Shown here piece after piece: positions 35,754 through 48,792 of a stretch of DNA of 59,773 nt (the first letter of the stretch is position 1; the number at the start of each line of letters is the position of its first letter). Location of the stretch: positions 1-59,773 of the forward strand of contig DASWKB010000030.1 of assembly GCA_036396895.1 (NCBI GenBank), written 5' to 3'. The notes under the pieces were generated by a model that was not told where the DNA came from, ran no database searches, and saw only the letters and a program-made list of their open reading frames with translations. This DNA comes from a bacterium (lineage in GTDB: Bacteria; Omnitrophota; Gorgyraeia; Aquiviventales; Aquiviventaceae). The translations under genes and the position numbers were made by a program.

Positions 35754-36791
35754 ATGCCATCACTTCGAATCGGGATTGCAGGAGCCACCGGGTACGCCGG
35801 CGAAGAGCTTATCCGGATCCTGCACCGACATCCTGCGGTCACACTCACCGTCTTGGCGGCCTCCGCGAAGCGCGACCGTCCGGTCCCGCTTCCCGAGGTC
35901 TTCCCGCGCTTTTCCGGGCTCTCCGGCCTCTCGATAGAGTCGCTTGATCCCGGACGCCTGTCCCGGGAGTGCGACCTCGTCTTCCTGGCGCTTCCCCATG
36001 GGATGTCGATGGATGTGGTCCCCGCGCTCCTGGCGGCGGGACGCCGCGTCATCGATCTCGGCGGGGACTTCCGGTTCCGCGATCCGGCCGTGTTCGAGCG
36101 CTGGTACCGCCGGAGCCACAGCCATCCCGAGTTGCTCGCCGAGGCCGTCTACGGACTCACGGAGCTGAACCGCGCCGCCATCGCCCGCGCTCGCCTGATC
36201 GCCAATCCCGGCTGCTACGCCACCAGCGTCATTCTCGCCCTGGCCCCGCTGCTCAAGGCCGGACTGATCGAGCCGGGCTGGATCGCCGTGGACGCGAAAT
36301 CCGGGCTGACGGGCGCAGGCCGCAAAGCGGACCCCCAGCTGTCGTTCGCGAGCATGAACGAGAATCTGTGGCCCTACAAGGTCGGCGAGCATCAGCACGC
36401 GCCGGAAATCATCCAGGCGCTCTCGCCGTTCGCGACGGACGGCGGCGTCGAGGTCTGTGTCGTGCCGCACGTGGTGCCGATCAACCGCGGCATTCTCTCG
36501 ACGGTGTTCGCCCGCCTGCGCGGCGCATGCGACCGCGGGCGGATCGAGGCGGCGTACCGGGACGCCTATGCCGGCGAGCCGTTTGTGCGCGCATTGCCGG
36601 CGGGCCGCTGGCCGGAGGTTCACGATGTCGCGTGGACGAACGACTGCGTGCTGGCCTTCACCCTGCATCCCGGCACGGGCTCGGTGGTCGTGAGCGCGGC
36701 GATCGACAATCTCACGAAGGGGGCGGCGGGGCAGGCGGTCCAGAATTTGAACGTGATGTGCGGCTGGGACGAAACGACGGGGCTGTCCTGA
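35754..36791 (+). CDS. argC: N-acetyl-gamma-glutamyl-phosphate reductase
   Basis: GATGYAGEEL, ALPHG, DLGGDFR, NPGCY, SGLTGAGR, HQHAPEI, DNLTKGAAGQAVQN. Confidence 0.98.
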   Translation: MPSLRIGIAGATGYAGEELIRILHRHPAVTLTVLAASAKRDRPVPLPEVFPRFSGLSGLSIESLDPGRLSRECDLVFLALPHGMSMDVVPALLAAGRRVIDLGGDFRFRDPAVFERWYRRSHSHPELLAEAVYGLTELNRAAIARARLIANPGCYATSVILALAPLLKAGLIEPGWIAVDAKSGLTGAGRKADPQLSFASMNENLWPYKVGEHQHAPEIIQALSPFATDGGVEVCVVPHVVPINRGILSTVFARLRGACDRGRIEAAYRDAYAGEPFVRALPAGRWPEVHDVAWTNDCVLAFTLHPGTGSVVVSAAIDNLTKGAAGQAVQNLNVMCGWDETTGLS

Positions 36792-38002
36792 TGGCGCGAA
36801 TCCCGATGCGCGCCGCGCCGGGCGGGGTCACCGCGCCCGCCGGGTTCGCGGCCGCCGGCGCCAGCGCCGGCATCAAGCGCGGCCGCAAGCCGGATCTTGC
36901 GCTGGTGGCCTGCGACCGGGTTGCGGCCGCGGCCGCGGTGTTCACCCGGAACCGGATCCAGGCCGCGCCGGTCGTCATCAGCCGCCGCCGCGTGCGCCGC
37001 GGGTCGGCGCGCGCCGTCCTGATCAACAGCGGATGCGCGAACTGTCTGACGGGACCGGCCGGCATGCGGGATGCGCTGGCGCTGGGCCGCGAGGCGGCGC
37101 GAGCGCTCGGCGTCGCGGAGCCGTCGGTGCTGTTGGCCTCCACGGGCCTGATCGGCCGGCGCCTCCCGGCGTCGCGGATCCTGCGGGCGGTGCCCGCACT
37201 GGCCGCGTCGCTCGGCCGAGCCGGCCATCGCCGGGCGGCCGAGGCGATCCTGACGACGGATCTGGCGCCTAAGGAGGCGGCGGTTGAGGCGCGCGTGGGG
37301 GGACGGCGCGTCCGCGTGGGCGGCATGGCGAAAGGCGCGGGGATGATCGCCCCGTCGATGGCGACGATGCTGTGCGTGCTCACGACGGACGCGGACGTGG
37401 AGCCGTCCCTGCTGCGGAGTCTGCTCCAGACGGCCGTGGCGCGCACGTTCAACCGCATCAGCGTGGACGGCGACATGAGCACGAACGACACGGTCTTCGC
37501 GCTGGCCAGCGGCGCCTCGGGCGTCCGCATCCGGCAGGGGTCCCGGGCGGAAGCGCTCCGGAGCATGCTGGAGGCGGTGGCGGGCCGCCTCGCGGAGGCC
37601 ATCGTCCGGGACGGAGAAGGGGCGACGCGCGTGATGGATGTGCGGGTCGAAGGCGCCCGGACCGACCGGGAAGCCCAGCGGTGCGCCCGCCAGGTGGCGG
37701 CCTCTCCGCTGGTCAAGACGATGCTCGCGGGCGGGGATCCGAACGTCGGGCGGATCGCCGGCGCCGTCGGGGCGTCGGGCGCCCGTTTTGCGCCCGCGCG
37801 GATGGAGATCCGGCTCGGGCCGCGGTTGGTGGTGGCGGGCGGCGCGGCGCTGGACGTGCCCCGGGGGGCGGTGCGCGCGTGGCTGCGCCGCCCGACGGTG
37901 CCGGTTCGGATTCACCTGCACGCGGGGCGCGGCGCGGGACGCATGCTGACGTGCGACCTCACCGAAGCCTACGTGCGGATCAACACCGGCTATGCCACGT
38001 GA
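36791..38002 (+). CDS. argJ: Ornithine acetyltransferase
   Basis: NSGCAN, KGAGMIAPSMATML, VDGDMSTND, DGEGA, CDLTEAYVRIN. Confidence 0.97.
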   Translation: MARIPMRAAPGGVTAPAGFAAAGASAGIKRGRKPDLALVACDRVAAAAAVFTRNRIQAAPVVISRRRVRRGSARAVLINSGCANCLTGPAGMRDALALGREAARALGVAEPSVLLASTGLIGRRLPASRILRAVPALAASLGRAGHRRAAEAILTTDLAPKEAAVEARVGGRRVRVGGMAKGAGMIAPSMATMLCVLTTDADVEPSLLRSLLQTAVARTFNRISVDGDMSTNDTVFALASGASGVRIRQGSRAEALRSMLEAVAGRLAEAIVRDGEGATRVMDVRVEGARTDREAQRCARQVAASPLVKTMLAGGDPNVGRIAGAVGASGARFAPARMEIRLGPRLVVAGGAALDVPRGAVRAWLRRPTVPVRIHLHAGRGAGRMLTCDLTEAYVRINTGYAT

Positions 38003-38885
38003 GGACGTTGAGGTCGAGATGCCCGTGCGGCGGATGATGGAGGAGTCGATCCGGAAGGCCGACATCCTCATCGAGGCGCTGCCCTATATTCAGGCGTTCC
38101 GCGGGAAGGTCGTGGTCGCGAAGTACGGGGGCAGCGCGATCGAGAACCCCGCGGCGATCCGCGGCATTCTGCAGGATCTGGTGTTCCTCAGCACCGTGGG
38201 GATCCAGCCCGTGCTGGTGCACGGCGGGGGACCCGCGATCACCAAGCGGCTGGCGGCGCAGGGGCGCGGGACGTCGTTCGTCGATGGGATGCGGGTGACC
38301 GACCAGGCGACGGTCGAGATCGTCGAAGGCTCGCTGGCGGAGCTCAACCGGGCGCTGGCGGAGCAGATTCGCGCGCTGGGGGGACGGGCGGAGGGCCTGG
38401 GGGCGCCGCAGCAGGTCGTGGTCGCCGCGCCCCACCCCAAGGCGGCCCAGCTCGGGTTCGTCGGCCAGGTGCGCGCCGTGCGGACCGCGCCGATCCGCGA
38501 GGTGTTCACGGCGCACGCGATCCCCGTCATCTCGCCCATCGGCGTGGCGGACGGCCAGCTGTACAACATCAACGCGGACGACGTCGCGGCGGCGGTGGCC
38601 GCGCACCTGGAAGCGGAGAAGCTGGTGCTCCTGACGAACGTGCGGGGGATCCTGCGCAATCCCGCCGACCTGGCTTCGCTGATCTCGACGCTGCCGGTCG
38701 GGCAGGCGGGGGGGCTGCTGGCCCGCGGCGTGATCCAGGAAGGCATGATCCCCAAGGTCCAGGCGTGCATCGGGGCGCTGGTTCAAGGGGTGCGCAAGAC
38801 GCACATCATCGATGCGGCGCTGCCGCACGCGATGCTGCTGGAGATCTTCACGAAGCAGGGAATCGGGACCGAGATTGTCCCGTGA
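37992..38885 (+). CDS. argB: Acetylglutamate kinase (true start may be 38019-38037)
   Basis: EALPYI, KYGGSA, VHGGGP, GMRVTD, NINAD, KLVLLTNV, GMIPKV. Confidence 0.97.
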   Translation: MPREDVEVEMPVRRMMEESIRKADILIEALPYIQAFRGKVVVAKYGGSAIENPAAIRGILQDLVFLSTVGIQPVLVHGGGPAITKRLAAQGRGTSFVDGMRVTDQATVEIVEGSLAELNRALAEQIRALGGRAEGLGAPQQVVVAAPHPKAAQLGFVGQVRAVRTAPIREVFTAHAIPVISPIGVADGQLYNINADDVAAAVAAHLEAEKLVLLTNVRGILRNPADLASLISTLPVGQAGGLLARGVIQEGMIPKVQACIGALVQGVRKTHIIDAALPHAMLLEIFTKQGIGTEIVP

Positions 38886-38902
38886 TCGGGGGACGGACGG
38901 GC

Positions 38903-40093
38903 ATGGCACGGGCCACGGAGGAGGTCATCGCGCAGTACGGCCGGTACGTCATGGAGACGTATGCCCGCTCACCGCTGGTGATCACGAAAGCCAAAGGGAG
39001 CCGGGTCTGGGACGTCGAGGGGCGGGAATATCTCGATCTGTTTCCGGGCTGGGGCGTGAGTCTCCTCGGCTATAACCACCCGTTCGTCGTGCGCGCGCTG
39101 CGGGCCCAGGCGGGCCGGGTGCTCCACGTGTCGAACAATTACTATCAGCCGCTGCAGTGGCGGGCGGCCCGGGCGATCGCGGAGGCCGCCTTCGACGGCC
39201 GCGTGTTCTTCTGCAACAGCGGCGCCGAAGCGGTCGAAGGGGCGGTCAAGCTCGCGCGACGCTGGGGCGGGGAGCGCCAGGAGATCATCGTGACGCAGCG
39301 TTCGTTCCACGGGCGCACGATGGGCGCGCTGAGCGCGACCGGACAGCCGAAGCTGCATCAGGGATTCGCGCCGATGCTCAGCGGCTTCGTGCACGTGCCC
39401 TTCAACGATCTGGAGGCGGCCGCTCGCGCCGTGACGCCGGCCACCTGCGCGGTCATGATCGAGCCGATCCAAGGCGAGGGCGGGGTCCATGAAGCCTCCG
39501 TCGAGTATCTGAGGGGTCTGCGGCGGTTGTGCGATGAGCGCCGGCTGCTCTTGGTGGCGGATGAAGTGACGACCGGCATGGGCCGCACCGGCGACTGGTT
39601 CGCGTACCGGGCCGCGGGCATCGAACCGGACGTGCTCCTGCTGGCCAAGGGATTGGCCGGAGGGGTGCCCGCGGGTGCGGTGCTCGCGGCACGGCGGATC
39701 GCGGAAGTCCTCCCTTCGGGGAGCCACGGCACGACCTTCGGAGGCAGCCCGATGGTCTGCGCCTGCATCCTGGCCGTGTTTGAAGCCGTGGAGAAGCAGG
39801 GGCTCTTAGCGCGCGTCCGGACGCTCAGCCGGTACCTGTTCGACCGGTTGGCGCGGCTGCGGGCGCACAGCCCGCTCGTGCACGACGTGCGCGGGCGCGG
39901 ATTCATGGCGGGCATCGAGCTGAGCGTGGACGGCCGCCCGATCGCGGCCGCCGCGCGGGAACGGGGGCTGCTCATCAACTGCACGCAGGAGCGCGTGCTT
40001 CGGCTGATGCCGGCGATGACGATCACGAAGGCCCAGCTCGCCCGCGGAATGGCCGTGCTCGAAGACGTGCTGGCATCGGCGGCGGAGGCCTGA
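38903..40093 (+). CDS. argD: Acetylornithine aminotransferase
   Basis: NSGAEAVE, SFHGRT, EPIQGEGG, DEVTTGMGRTG, AKGLAGG (PLP Lys), HGTTFGG. Confidence 0.95.
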   Translation: MARATEEVIAQYGRYVMETYARSPLVITKAKGSRVWDVEGREYLDLFPGWGVSLLGYNHPFVVRALRAQAGRVLHVSNNYYQPLQWRAARAIAEAAFDGRVFFCNSGAEAVEGAVKLARRWGGERQEIIVTQRSFHGRTMGALSATGQPKLHQGFAPMLSGFVHVPFNDLEAAARAVTPATCAVMIEPIQGEGGVHEASVEYLRGLRRLCDERRLLLVADEVTTGMGRTGDWFAYRAAGIEPDVLLLAKGLAGGVPAGAVLAARRIAEVLPSGSHGTTFGGSPMVCACILAVFEAVEKQGLLARVRTLSRYLFDRLARLRAHSPLVHDVRGRGFMAGIELSVDGRPIAAAARERGLLINCTQERVLRLMPAMTITKAQLARGMAVLEDVLASAAEA

Positions 40094-40096
40094 GCG

Positions 40097-41047
40097 ATGG
40101 CGCGGCACTTTCTGACGCTGGGAGACGTGAGTCCGGCGGAGCTGGCCGGGCTCGTGTCGCGCGCGGCGGAGCTGAAGCGCCGGCCCTCGGCGGCGCGGCG
40201 GACGCTCGCCGGCCGGGTCGTTGCGCTGATGTTCCAGAAGCCGTCGATGCGCACGCGCGTGTCGTTCGAGGTCGGCGTGGCCCGGCTGGGAGGCTCGACG
40301 ATCTATTTGGGGGATGAGACGGTCAAACTGGGCGAGCGGGAGCCGGTGAAGGACGTGGCGCGCGGGCTCTCGCGCTACGTGGACGCCGTCGTGCTCCGGA
40401 CCTTCAGCCACCGGATCGTGGAGGAGTTCGCGGCGTGTGCGGGCGTGCCCGTGGTGAACGGGCTGTCCGACGCCGCGCATCCCTGCCAGGCGCTCGGGGA
40501 CCTGCTCACCATGCGGGAGCACTGCGGGCGCCTGGAGGGCCTGCGGATCGCGTACGTGGGCGACGGCAACAACGTCCTGCATTCGCTGATCGAAGGGTGC
40601 GCGATGCTCGGCGTCCACGCGACGGTGTCCACGCCAGAGGCGTACCGTCCGGACGCGGCCGTGTGGACCCGGGTTCAGGCCCTCGCCGCGCGTCGCGGGG
40701 CCGAGCTGCGCTGGGTTCCGGATCCCCGCGAGGCGGTGCGGGGCGCCCGCATCATCTATACCGACGTGTGGGTCAGCATGGGCCAGGAGGAGGAGCGCCA
40801 GTCCCGTGTGAAGGTCTTCCGGCCCTTTCAGGTGGACTCCGCGCTCGTGAAGCGGGCGGCGCCGGAGTGCCGGGTGATGCATTGTTTGCCTGCGCACCGG
40901 GGGGAGGAGATTACGGAGGAGGTCATCGAGTCGGCGTCCTCCGTGGTGTTTGACCAGGCGGAAAACCGGCTGCACGCCCAGAACGCCCTCATGCTGTTGT
41001 TGCTGGGGCGGGGCGGTCGGCCGCGCGCAAGGAGCGTTCAACGATGA
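40097..41047 (+). CDS. argF: Ornithine carbamoyltransferase
   Basis: KPSMRTR, HPCQ, GDGNN, TDVWVSMG, HCLPAHRGEE, DQAENRLH. Confidence 0.96.
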   Translation: MARHFLTLGDVSPAELAGLVSRAAELKRRPSAARRTLAGRVVALMFQKPSMRTRVSFEVGVARLGGSTIYLGDETVKLGEREPVKDVARGLSRYVDAVVLRTFSHRIVEEFAACAGVPVVNGLSDAAHPCQALGDLLTMREHCGRLEGLRIAYVGDGNNVLHSLIEGCAMLGVHATVSTPEAYRPDAAVWTRVQALAARRGAELRWVPDPREAVRGARIIYTDVWVSMGQEEERQSRVKVFRPFQVDSALVKRAAPECRVMHCLPAHRGEEITEEVIESASSVVFDQAENRLHAQNALMLLLLGRGGRPRARSVQR

Positions 41048-42264
41048 GCACTGCGAGCATGGCATCGAAGACAGTGGTGCTGGCCTATTCGGGCGGATTG
41101 GACACCTCGGTGGCCGTCAAGTGGCTCGCCGAACGCGGCAACCGGGTCGTCGCCTTTATGGCCGACATCGGACAGGGCGGCTCCTCTCGCGCGCTGATCG
41201 CGCGCGCCCGCGGCGCGGGGGCCTGGCGGGTTGTCGTCCGCGACCTTCGCCGCGAGTTCCTCCGGGAGTACGTGTGGCCGGCCTTGCAGGCCCATGCGGT
41301 CTATGAGGGAACCTACCTGCTGGCCACCGCGCTCTCGCGCCCGCTGATCGCGAAGCATCTGGTGCGCGTCGCGCACGAGACCGGGGCCGGCGCGGTCGCC
41401 CACGGCTGCACGGGGAAAGGAAACGATCAGGTCCGGTTCGAGCTGACGGTGCGGATGCTGGACCCGGGCCTCGGCATTGTCGCGCCGGTCCGCGAATGGG
41501 AGTTCCGGTCGCGCGAGGACGAGATCGACTACGCGCGGCGGCACCGGATCCCCGTCGATGTGACGAAGCGGAGCCCCTACAGCATCGATCGCAACCTCTG
41601 GGGACTGAGCATCGAAGCCGGCGTCCTGGAGGATCCCTGGGCCGCGCCGCCGGCGGACACGTACCTGTCGATCCGGCCGCCTGCGCGCGCCGCTGCGCGC
41701 CCGGGCACGGTCCGCATCGACTTCTCCCGCGGCCTTCCGGTGGCGGTGGACGGCCGCCGGGAGGATCCCCTGCGCCTGGTGGCGCGCCTGGCGGCGCTGG
41801 GGGCCAAGCACGGCATCGGCCGCAGCGATATGATCGAAAGCCGGATCGTGGGGATCAAGTCCCGCGAGGTCTATGAGGCGCCGGCGGCGACCATCCTGCT
41901 TGCCGCGCATGCGGAGCTGGAGCGCTTGGTGCATGACCGGGAGCTCCTGCAGGTCAAGGCGCGCCTCGCGGACACCTACGCCCAGTTGGTCTACGCGGGG
42001 CTCTGGGAGACTCCCTTGCGGAAGGCGATCGATGCGTTTGTCGCCCACACGCAGCAGCGGGTGAACGGCAGCGTCCGGCTCATGCTGCACCGCGGGGGGT
42101 GTCTCCCCACGGGCCGGCGCTCGCCGCAGGCGCTCTACCGGACGCGCCTGGCGACGTACACCTCCGAGGACGCGTTCGACCAGCGCTGGGCGGAGGGGTT
42201 CATCAAGATCTTCGGGCTGCCCTTCGAGGGCTCGGCCCGCGGATCGCGGCCCGCGGGGCATTGA
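41044..42264 (+). CDS. argG: Argininosuccinate synthase
   Basis: LAYSGGLDTS, ATALSRP, HGCTGKGNDQVRF, YSIDRNLWG, KSREVYEAP. Confidence 0.98.
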   Translation: MSTASMASKTVVLAYSGGLDTSVAVKWLAERGNRVVAFMADIGQGGSSRALIARARGAGAWRVVVRDLRREFLREYVWPALQAHAVYEGTYLLATALSRPLIAKHLVRVAHETGAGAVAHGCTGKGNDQVRFELTVRMLDPGLGIVAPVREWEFRSREDEIDYARRHRIPVDVTKRSPYSIDRNLWGLSIEAGVLEDPWAAPPADTYLSIRPPARAAARPGTVRIDFSRGLPVAVDGRREDPLRLVARLAALGAKHGIGRSDMIESRIVGIKSREVYEAPAATILLAAHAELERLVHDRELLQVKARLADTYAQLVYAGLWETPLRKAIDAFVAHTQQRVNGSVRLMLHRGGCLPTGRRSPQALYRTRLATYTSEDAFDQRWAEGFIKIFGLPFEGSARGSRPAGH

Positions 42265-42269
42265 CGACG

Positions 42270-43669
<1,400 letters not shown>

Positions 43670-43673
<4 letters not shown>

Positions 43674-44940
43674 CGTATCCGCATGATTTCCACATGGTGA
43701 ACGGAACGCTCCGCTGCGAGCGCGTGGAGCTGGAGCGGATCGCCGCGTCCGTCGGCACTCCGGTGTACGTCTACAGCGCGAAGACGATCGTCGAGCACGT
43801 CCGGAAGCTCCGGGCGGCCTTCGGCGCGATGCGGCCGCTCATCTGCTTCTCGGTGAAGGCCAACGGGAATCTGGCCATCCTGCGCTTGCTGGTGCGCGCG
43901 GGGGCCGGGCTCGATATCGTCTCCGGCGGGGAGCTGTTCAAGGCCCTCCGCGTCGGCTGTCCGCCGTCGAAGATCGTCTATGCCAGCGTCGGCAAGCACC
44001 CGGATGAGATCCGCGCCGCGCTGCGGGCGGGCATCTTCTGCTTCAACGTCGAGTCCGAGCCGGAGCTGGATGCGATCGAGGCGGCCGCCGAGCGCCTTCG
44101 GGTTCACGCGCGGGTCGCGCTGCGGGTCAATCCCGACGTCGAGGCGCACACGCACCGGCACATCACGACGGGAGTCGCGGAGAGCAAATTCGGCATCGAC
44201 CCGCGGACGGCCCGGGCGCTCCTCGCGCGCCATCGCGCGCTGCCCCGGGTGCGCCTGATCGGGCTGCACCTTCATATCGGCTCGCAGATCACCGACGCGA
44301 AGCCGTTCGTTGAGGCCATCCGGAAAGTCGGCGGGCTCTTCGATCACGGGCGGCGGCTCGGGGCGCCGCTGGAGTGGCTCAACCTCGGCGGCGGCCTGGG
44401 CATCATCTACCGGGATGAGCGCCCGCAGACGCCCGGGGCGTTCGCGCGCGCGGTGAGGCCGCTCGTGTCGGCGCTCGGCGCGCGCCTGATCCTCGAGCCG
44501 GGGCGGTTTATCGTGGGGAACGCCGGCGCGTTGCTGACGCGGGTGCTGTATATCAAAGACGCCGGGCGGCGGCGCTTCGCGGTCGTGGATGCCGGGATGA
44601 ACGATCTGTTGCGGCCCGCGCTGTACGACGCGTATCATGAGGTCGTGCGGGTGCGCCGGAACGGAACCGGCGCTCGCGCGCGGCGATTCGACATCGTCGG
44701 CCCCATCTGCGAGAGCGCGGACGTGCTGGCGCGGGACCGGGCCTTCGGGTCGCTCGAGCCGGGGGATCTCCTGGCGGTTCTGGGGGCGGGCGCCTACGGC
44801 TCGACGATGGCGTCCAATTACAACGGACGTCTTCGTCCCGCGGAAGTGCTGGTTCGCGGCCGGCGCTGGGACCTGATCCGGCGGCGCGAGACCCTGCGAG
44901 ACTTGGTGAGGCACGACGTGATCCCGGGGGCGCTCCTCGC

Positions 44941-44944
<4 letters not shown>
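43670..44944 (+). CDS. lysA: Diaminopimelate decarboxylase
   Basis: SVKAN (PLP Lys), DIVSGGE, LRVNP, SKFG, HIGSQ, NLGGG, EPGR, GPICESAD, GAYG. Confidence 0.98.
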
Positions 44945-45884
<940 letters not shown>

Positions 45885-45888
<4 letters not shown>

Positions 45889-46823
45889 GCCTGTCGCTGC
45901 GCGGATCGATGGTGGCCATTGTCACGCCGTTTCGGCAGGACCGGATCGACGAGGACGCGCTGCGTCGGCTGATCGAGATGCAGATCGAGCGCGGCACCTC
46001 GGCGATCGTGCCGTGCGGCACGACCGGGGAGTCGGCCACGCTCTCGCACGAGGAGCACGACCGGGTCATCGAGCTGACCGTGGAGGCCGTCCGGGGGCGG
46101 ACGTCGGTCATCGCCGGCACCGGCTCGAACAACACGCGCGAGGCCGTCCGGCTGACCCGCCACGCGCGCGAGGCCGGGGCGGACGCGGCGCTCCTGATCA
46201 CGCCGTACTACAACAAGCCGACCCAGGAGGGGCTCTACCGGCATTTCCGCGCGGTGGCGGAGGCCGTCGAGCTTCCGCTCGTCTTGTACAACATTCCCGG
46301 GCGGACGGCGGTGAACATGGCACCGGAGACCTTCGGCCGCCTTGTCCGCGACTGTCCGACCATCGTGGCGGTGAAGGAAGCCAGCGGCGACCTCGCGCAG
46401 ATGCGGCGGATGCTCGATCAGACCGAGGGGACCCTCACGCTCATCTCGGGCGACGACGCGCTGACCGTGGATGTGCTCGAGCTGGGCGGGACGGGGGTGA
46501 TCTCGGTCCTCGCCAACCTCGTGCCGCAGGACGTCGCGGACATGGTCCGCGCGTTCGAGTCCGGCGACCGGGCCGGGGCGCGGCGGATGCAGGAGCGCCT
46601 CCTGCCGCTGACGAACGCGCTCTTTCTCGAAACCAACCCCATTCCCGTGAAAACGGCGATGGCCCGGCTCGGCTGGATCGAGCCCGAGCTGCGCCTCCCG
46701 CTGTGCCCGATGTCCGAGGCCAACGCCGCGCGGCTCGAGGCGGCGATGGACGCGTACGGCCTTGCGGGCGGCGCGGCGCACGGCTCGCGCGGCGGTCCCG
46801 CGGCTCGGCCGACGGGCCGCTGA
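45885..46823 (+). CDS. dapA: 4-hydroxy-tetrahydrodipicolinate synthase
   Basis: GTTGES, PYYNKP, LYNIPGRT, VKEASG, SGDD, ETNPIPVK. Confidence 0.98.
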
Positions 46824-46830
46824 GGCTCCC

Positions 46831-47601
46831 ATGAGCGCGCGAGTGGGGATCGCGGGATGCTGCGGCCGGATGGGCCAAGCGATCGGACGGCTGGCCTCGC
46901 AGGAGTCCGACCTGAGCGTGTCCGCGGCCGTCGAAGCCCACGGGCATGCGGACGTGGGGCGTGATTACGGGGACGTGCTGGGGATCGGGCGGCTGCTCGG
47001 AGTGACGGTGACCGAGGACGCCGCGGGCGCGCTGCGCGGATGCGACGTGCTGATCGAATTCACGAACCCCCTCACGACGCTCGAACACGCCGCGCTGGCC
47101 GCGCGGGCCGGCGTCCCGCTTGTCATCGGGACGACCGGGTTGGCGCAGCCGCAGGTGGAGGCGCTCCGCGCGGCCGCCAAGACGGTGCCGATCGTCTGCA
47201 GCCCGAACATGAGTCCGGGCGTGAATCTCCTGTTTGAGTTGGCGAAGACGGCTGCGGCGCGGCTGGGAGCCGGATTCGACGTCGAGATCGTGGAAGCGCA
47301 TCACCGGCACAAACAGGACGCGCCGAGCGGGACCGCCAAACGGCTCGCGGAGGTCGTCGCGGCCGCCCGCGGCGTCCGCCCCGACGCCGTGCCGGTGCAC
47401 GCCCTCCGGGCCGGAGCGATCGTGGGCGACCATACCGTGGTGCTCGCAGGGCCGTTTGAGCGCGTGGAGCTCACGCACCGGGCGCAGGGGCGCGAGGTCT
47501 TCGCCCGGGGCGCGCTGCTGGCGGCGCGCTTCGTGCTCGGCCGGGCGCCGCGCATGTACGACATGGCCGACGTGCTCATGGGGGAGGGGCCACCGGCATG
47601 A
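46831..47601 (+). CDS. dapB: 4-hydroxy-tetrahydrodipicolinate reductase
   Basis: GCCGRMG, IGTTG, PNMSPG, EIVEAHHRHKQDAPSGTA, GDHTV. Confidence 0.97.
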   Translation: MSARVGIAGCCGRMGQAIGRLASQESDLSVSAAVEAHGHADVGRDYGDVLGIGRLLGVTVTEDAAGALRGCDVLIEFTNPLTTLEHAALAARAGVPLVIGTTGLAQPQVEALRAAAKTVPIVCSPNMSPGVNLLFELAKTAAARLGAGFDVEIVEAHHRHKQDAPSGTAKRLAEVVAAARGVRPDAVPVHALRAGAIVGDHTVVLAGPFERVELTHRAQGREVFARGALLAARFVLGRAPRMYDMADVLMGEGPPA

Positions 47602-48782
47602 GCGAGACCCAGGCGTCGGCGCGGGCGGTTCGCGCCGAGCGGCTGGCGGCGCTGCCGCCGTATCTCTTTGCCGAGATCGACCGCGCAACACGGCGCCTGC
47701 TCGAAGCGGGTCAGGACGTGATCGATCTCGGCGTCGGCGACCCCGATCTGCCGAGCGCGCCGCACGTCATCGAGCGGCTTGCCGAGTCGGCTCGCGACCC
47801 CGCGAACCATCGCTACAGCATGACGGAAGGGCTGCCTGAGCTTCGCGCGGCGATCGCGGGTTGGTACCGGCGCCGATTCGGCGTCTCGCTCGACCCGAAC
47901 ACCGAGGTGCTGCCGCTCTTGGGCTCGAAGGAAGGCATCGCCCATCTGCCGCTGGCCATCGTCAATCCCGGAGACGTCGTGCTGGTCCCCGACCCGGGCT
48001 ACCCTCCCTACGTGAGCGGGACCGTGCTGGCCGGCGCCGACGCGCACCCCATGCCGCTCCTGGAAGCTACGGGGTTCTTTCCGGATTTCGAGGGGCTCAG
48101 CCAGCGGGCGGTCCGCCGGGCGAAGCTGATGTTCCTGAATTACCCGAACAACCCGACGGCGGCGCTCGCCTCGTCCGAACAGTTCGCGCAGGCCGTCGAG
48201 TTCGCCAAGACCTTTCAGATCCTCGTGGCGCATGACGCCGCGTATTCGGAGCTCGCGTTCGACGGCGCCCGCCCGAAGAGCTTTCTCGAGAGCCCCGGAG
48301 CCAGGGATGTGGGCGTGGAGTTCCACAGCCTCTCGAAGACATGGAACATGACCGGGTGGCGCATCGGCTGGGTGTGCGGCCACGCGGGCATGATCGCGGC
48401 GCTCGCGAAGCTGAAGACCAACCTCGACTCCGGCATCTTTCAGCCCGTGCAGTGGGCGGGCATCGCCGCGCTCGAGGGCGATGAGACGCCGTGGCGCGAG
48501 AGCCTGGCGGTGTACCGGGAGCGTCGGGACCGGCTCGTCGACGGACTGGCCGCGGCGGGCTGGACGGTGCCGAAGCCGGCGGCCGGCCTGTACGTGTGGG
48601 CGAGGGTCCCCGGCGGCGGCTCCTCGATGGCGTTCGCCGAACGGGTTCTGGAGCAGGCGCGCGTCGTCCTCACGCCGGGGGTCGGGTTCGGCCGCCACGG
48701 GGAAGGGTACGTGCGCATGTCGCTGACGATCCCGACCGAACGGATCGAGGAGGCGGTGGCGCGCCTATCGGGCGTCCTGTGA
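47598..48782 (+). CDS. dapL: LL-diaminopimelate aminotransferase (class I PLP; function supported by dap context)
   Basis: LPPYLFAEID, LGVGDPD, GSKEG, PDPGYP, NYPNNPT, HDAAY, HSLSKTWNMTGWR. Fills the missing step between dapB and dapF. Confidence 0.82.
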   Translation: MSETQASARAVRAERLAALPPYLFAEIDRATRRLLEAGQDVIDLGVGDPDLPSAPHVIERLAESARDPANHRYSMTEGLPELRAAIAGWYRRRFGVSLDPNTEVLPLLGSKEGIAHLPLAIVNPGDVVLVPDPGYPPYVSGTVLAGADAHPMPLLEATGFFPDFEGLSQRAVRRAKLMFLNYPNNPTAALASSEQFAQAVEFAKTFQILVAHDAAYSELAFDGARPKSFLESPGARDVGVEFHSLSKTWNMTGWRIGWVCGHAGMIAALAKLKTNLDSGIFQPVQWAGIAALEGDETPWRESLAVYRERRDRLVDGLAAAGWTVPKPAAGLYVWARVPGGGSSMAFAERVLEQARVVLTPGVGFGRHGEGYVRMSLTIPTERIEEAVARLSGVL

Positions 48783-48792
48783 CGGGCCGCTC

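Noticed and set aside
40097-41047. SMRT motif suggesting N-acetylornithine transcarbamylase (ArgF')
   Set aside because: The ornithine-binding DxxxSMG and HCLPAHRG motifs are canonical OTCase, and argJ supplies free ornithine.
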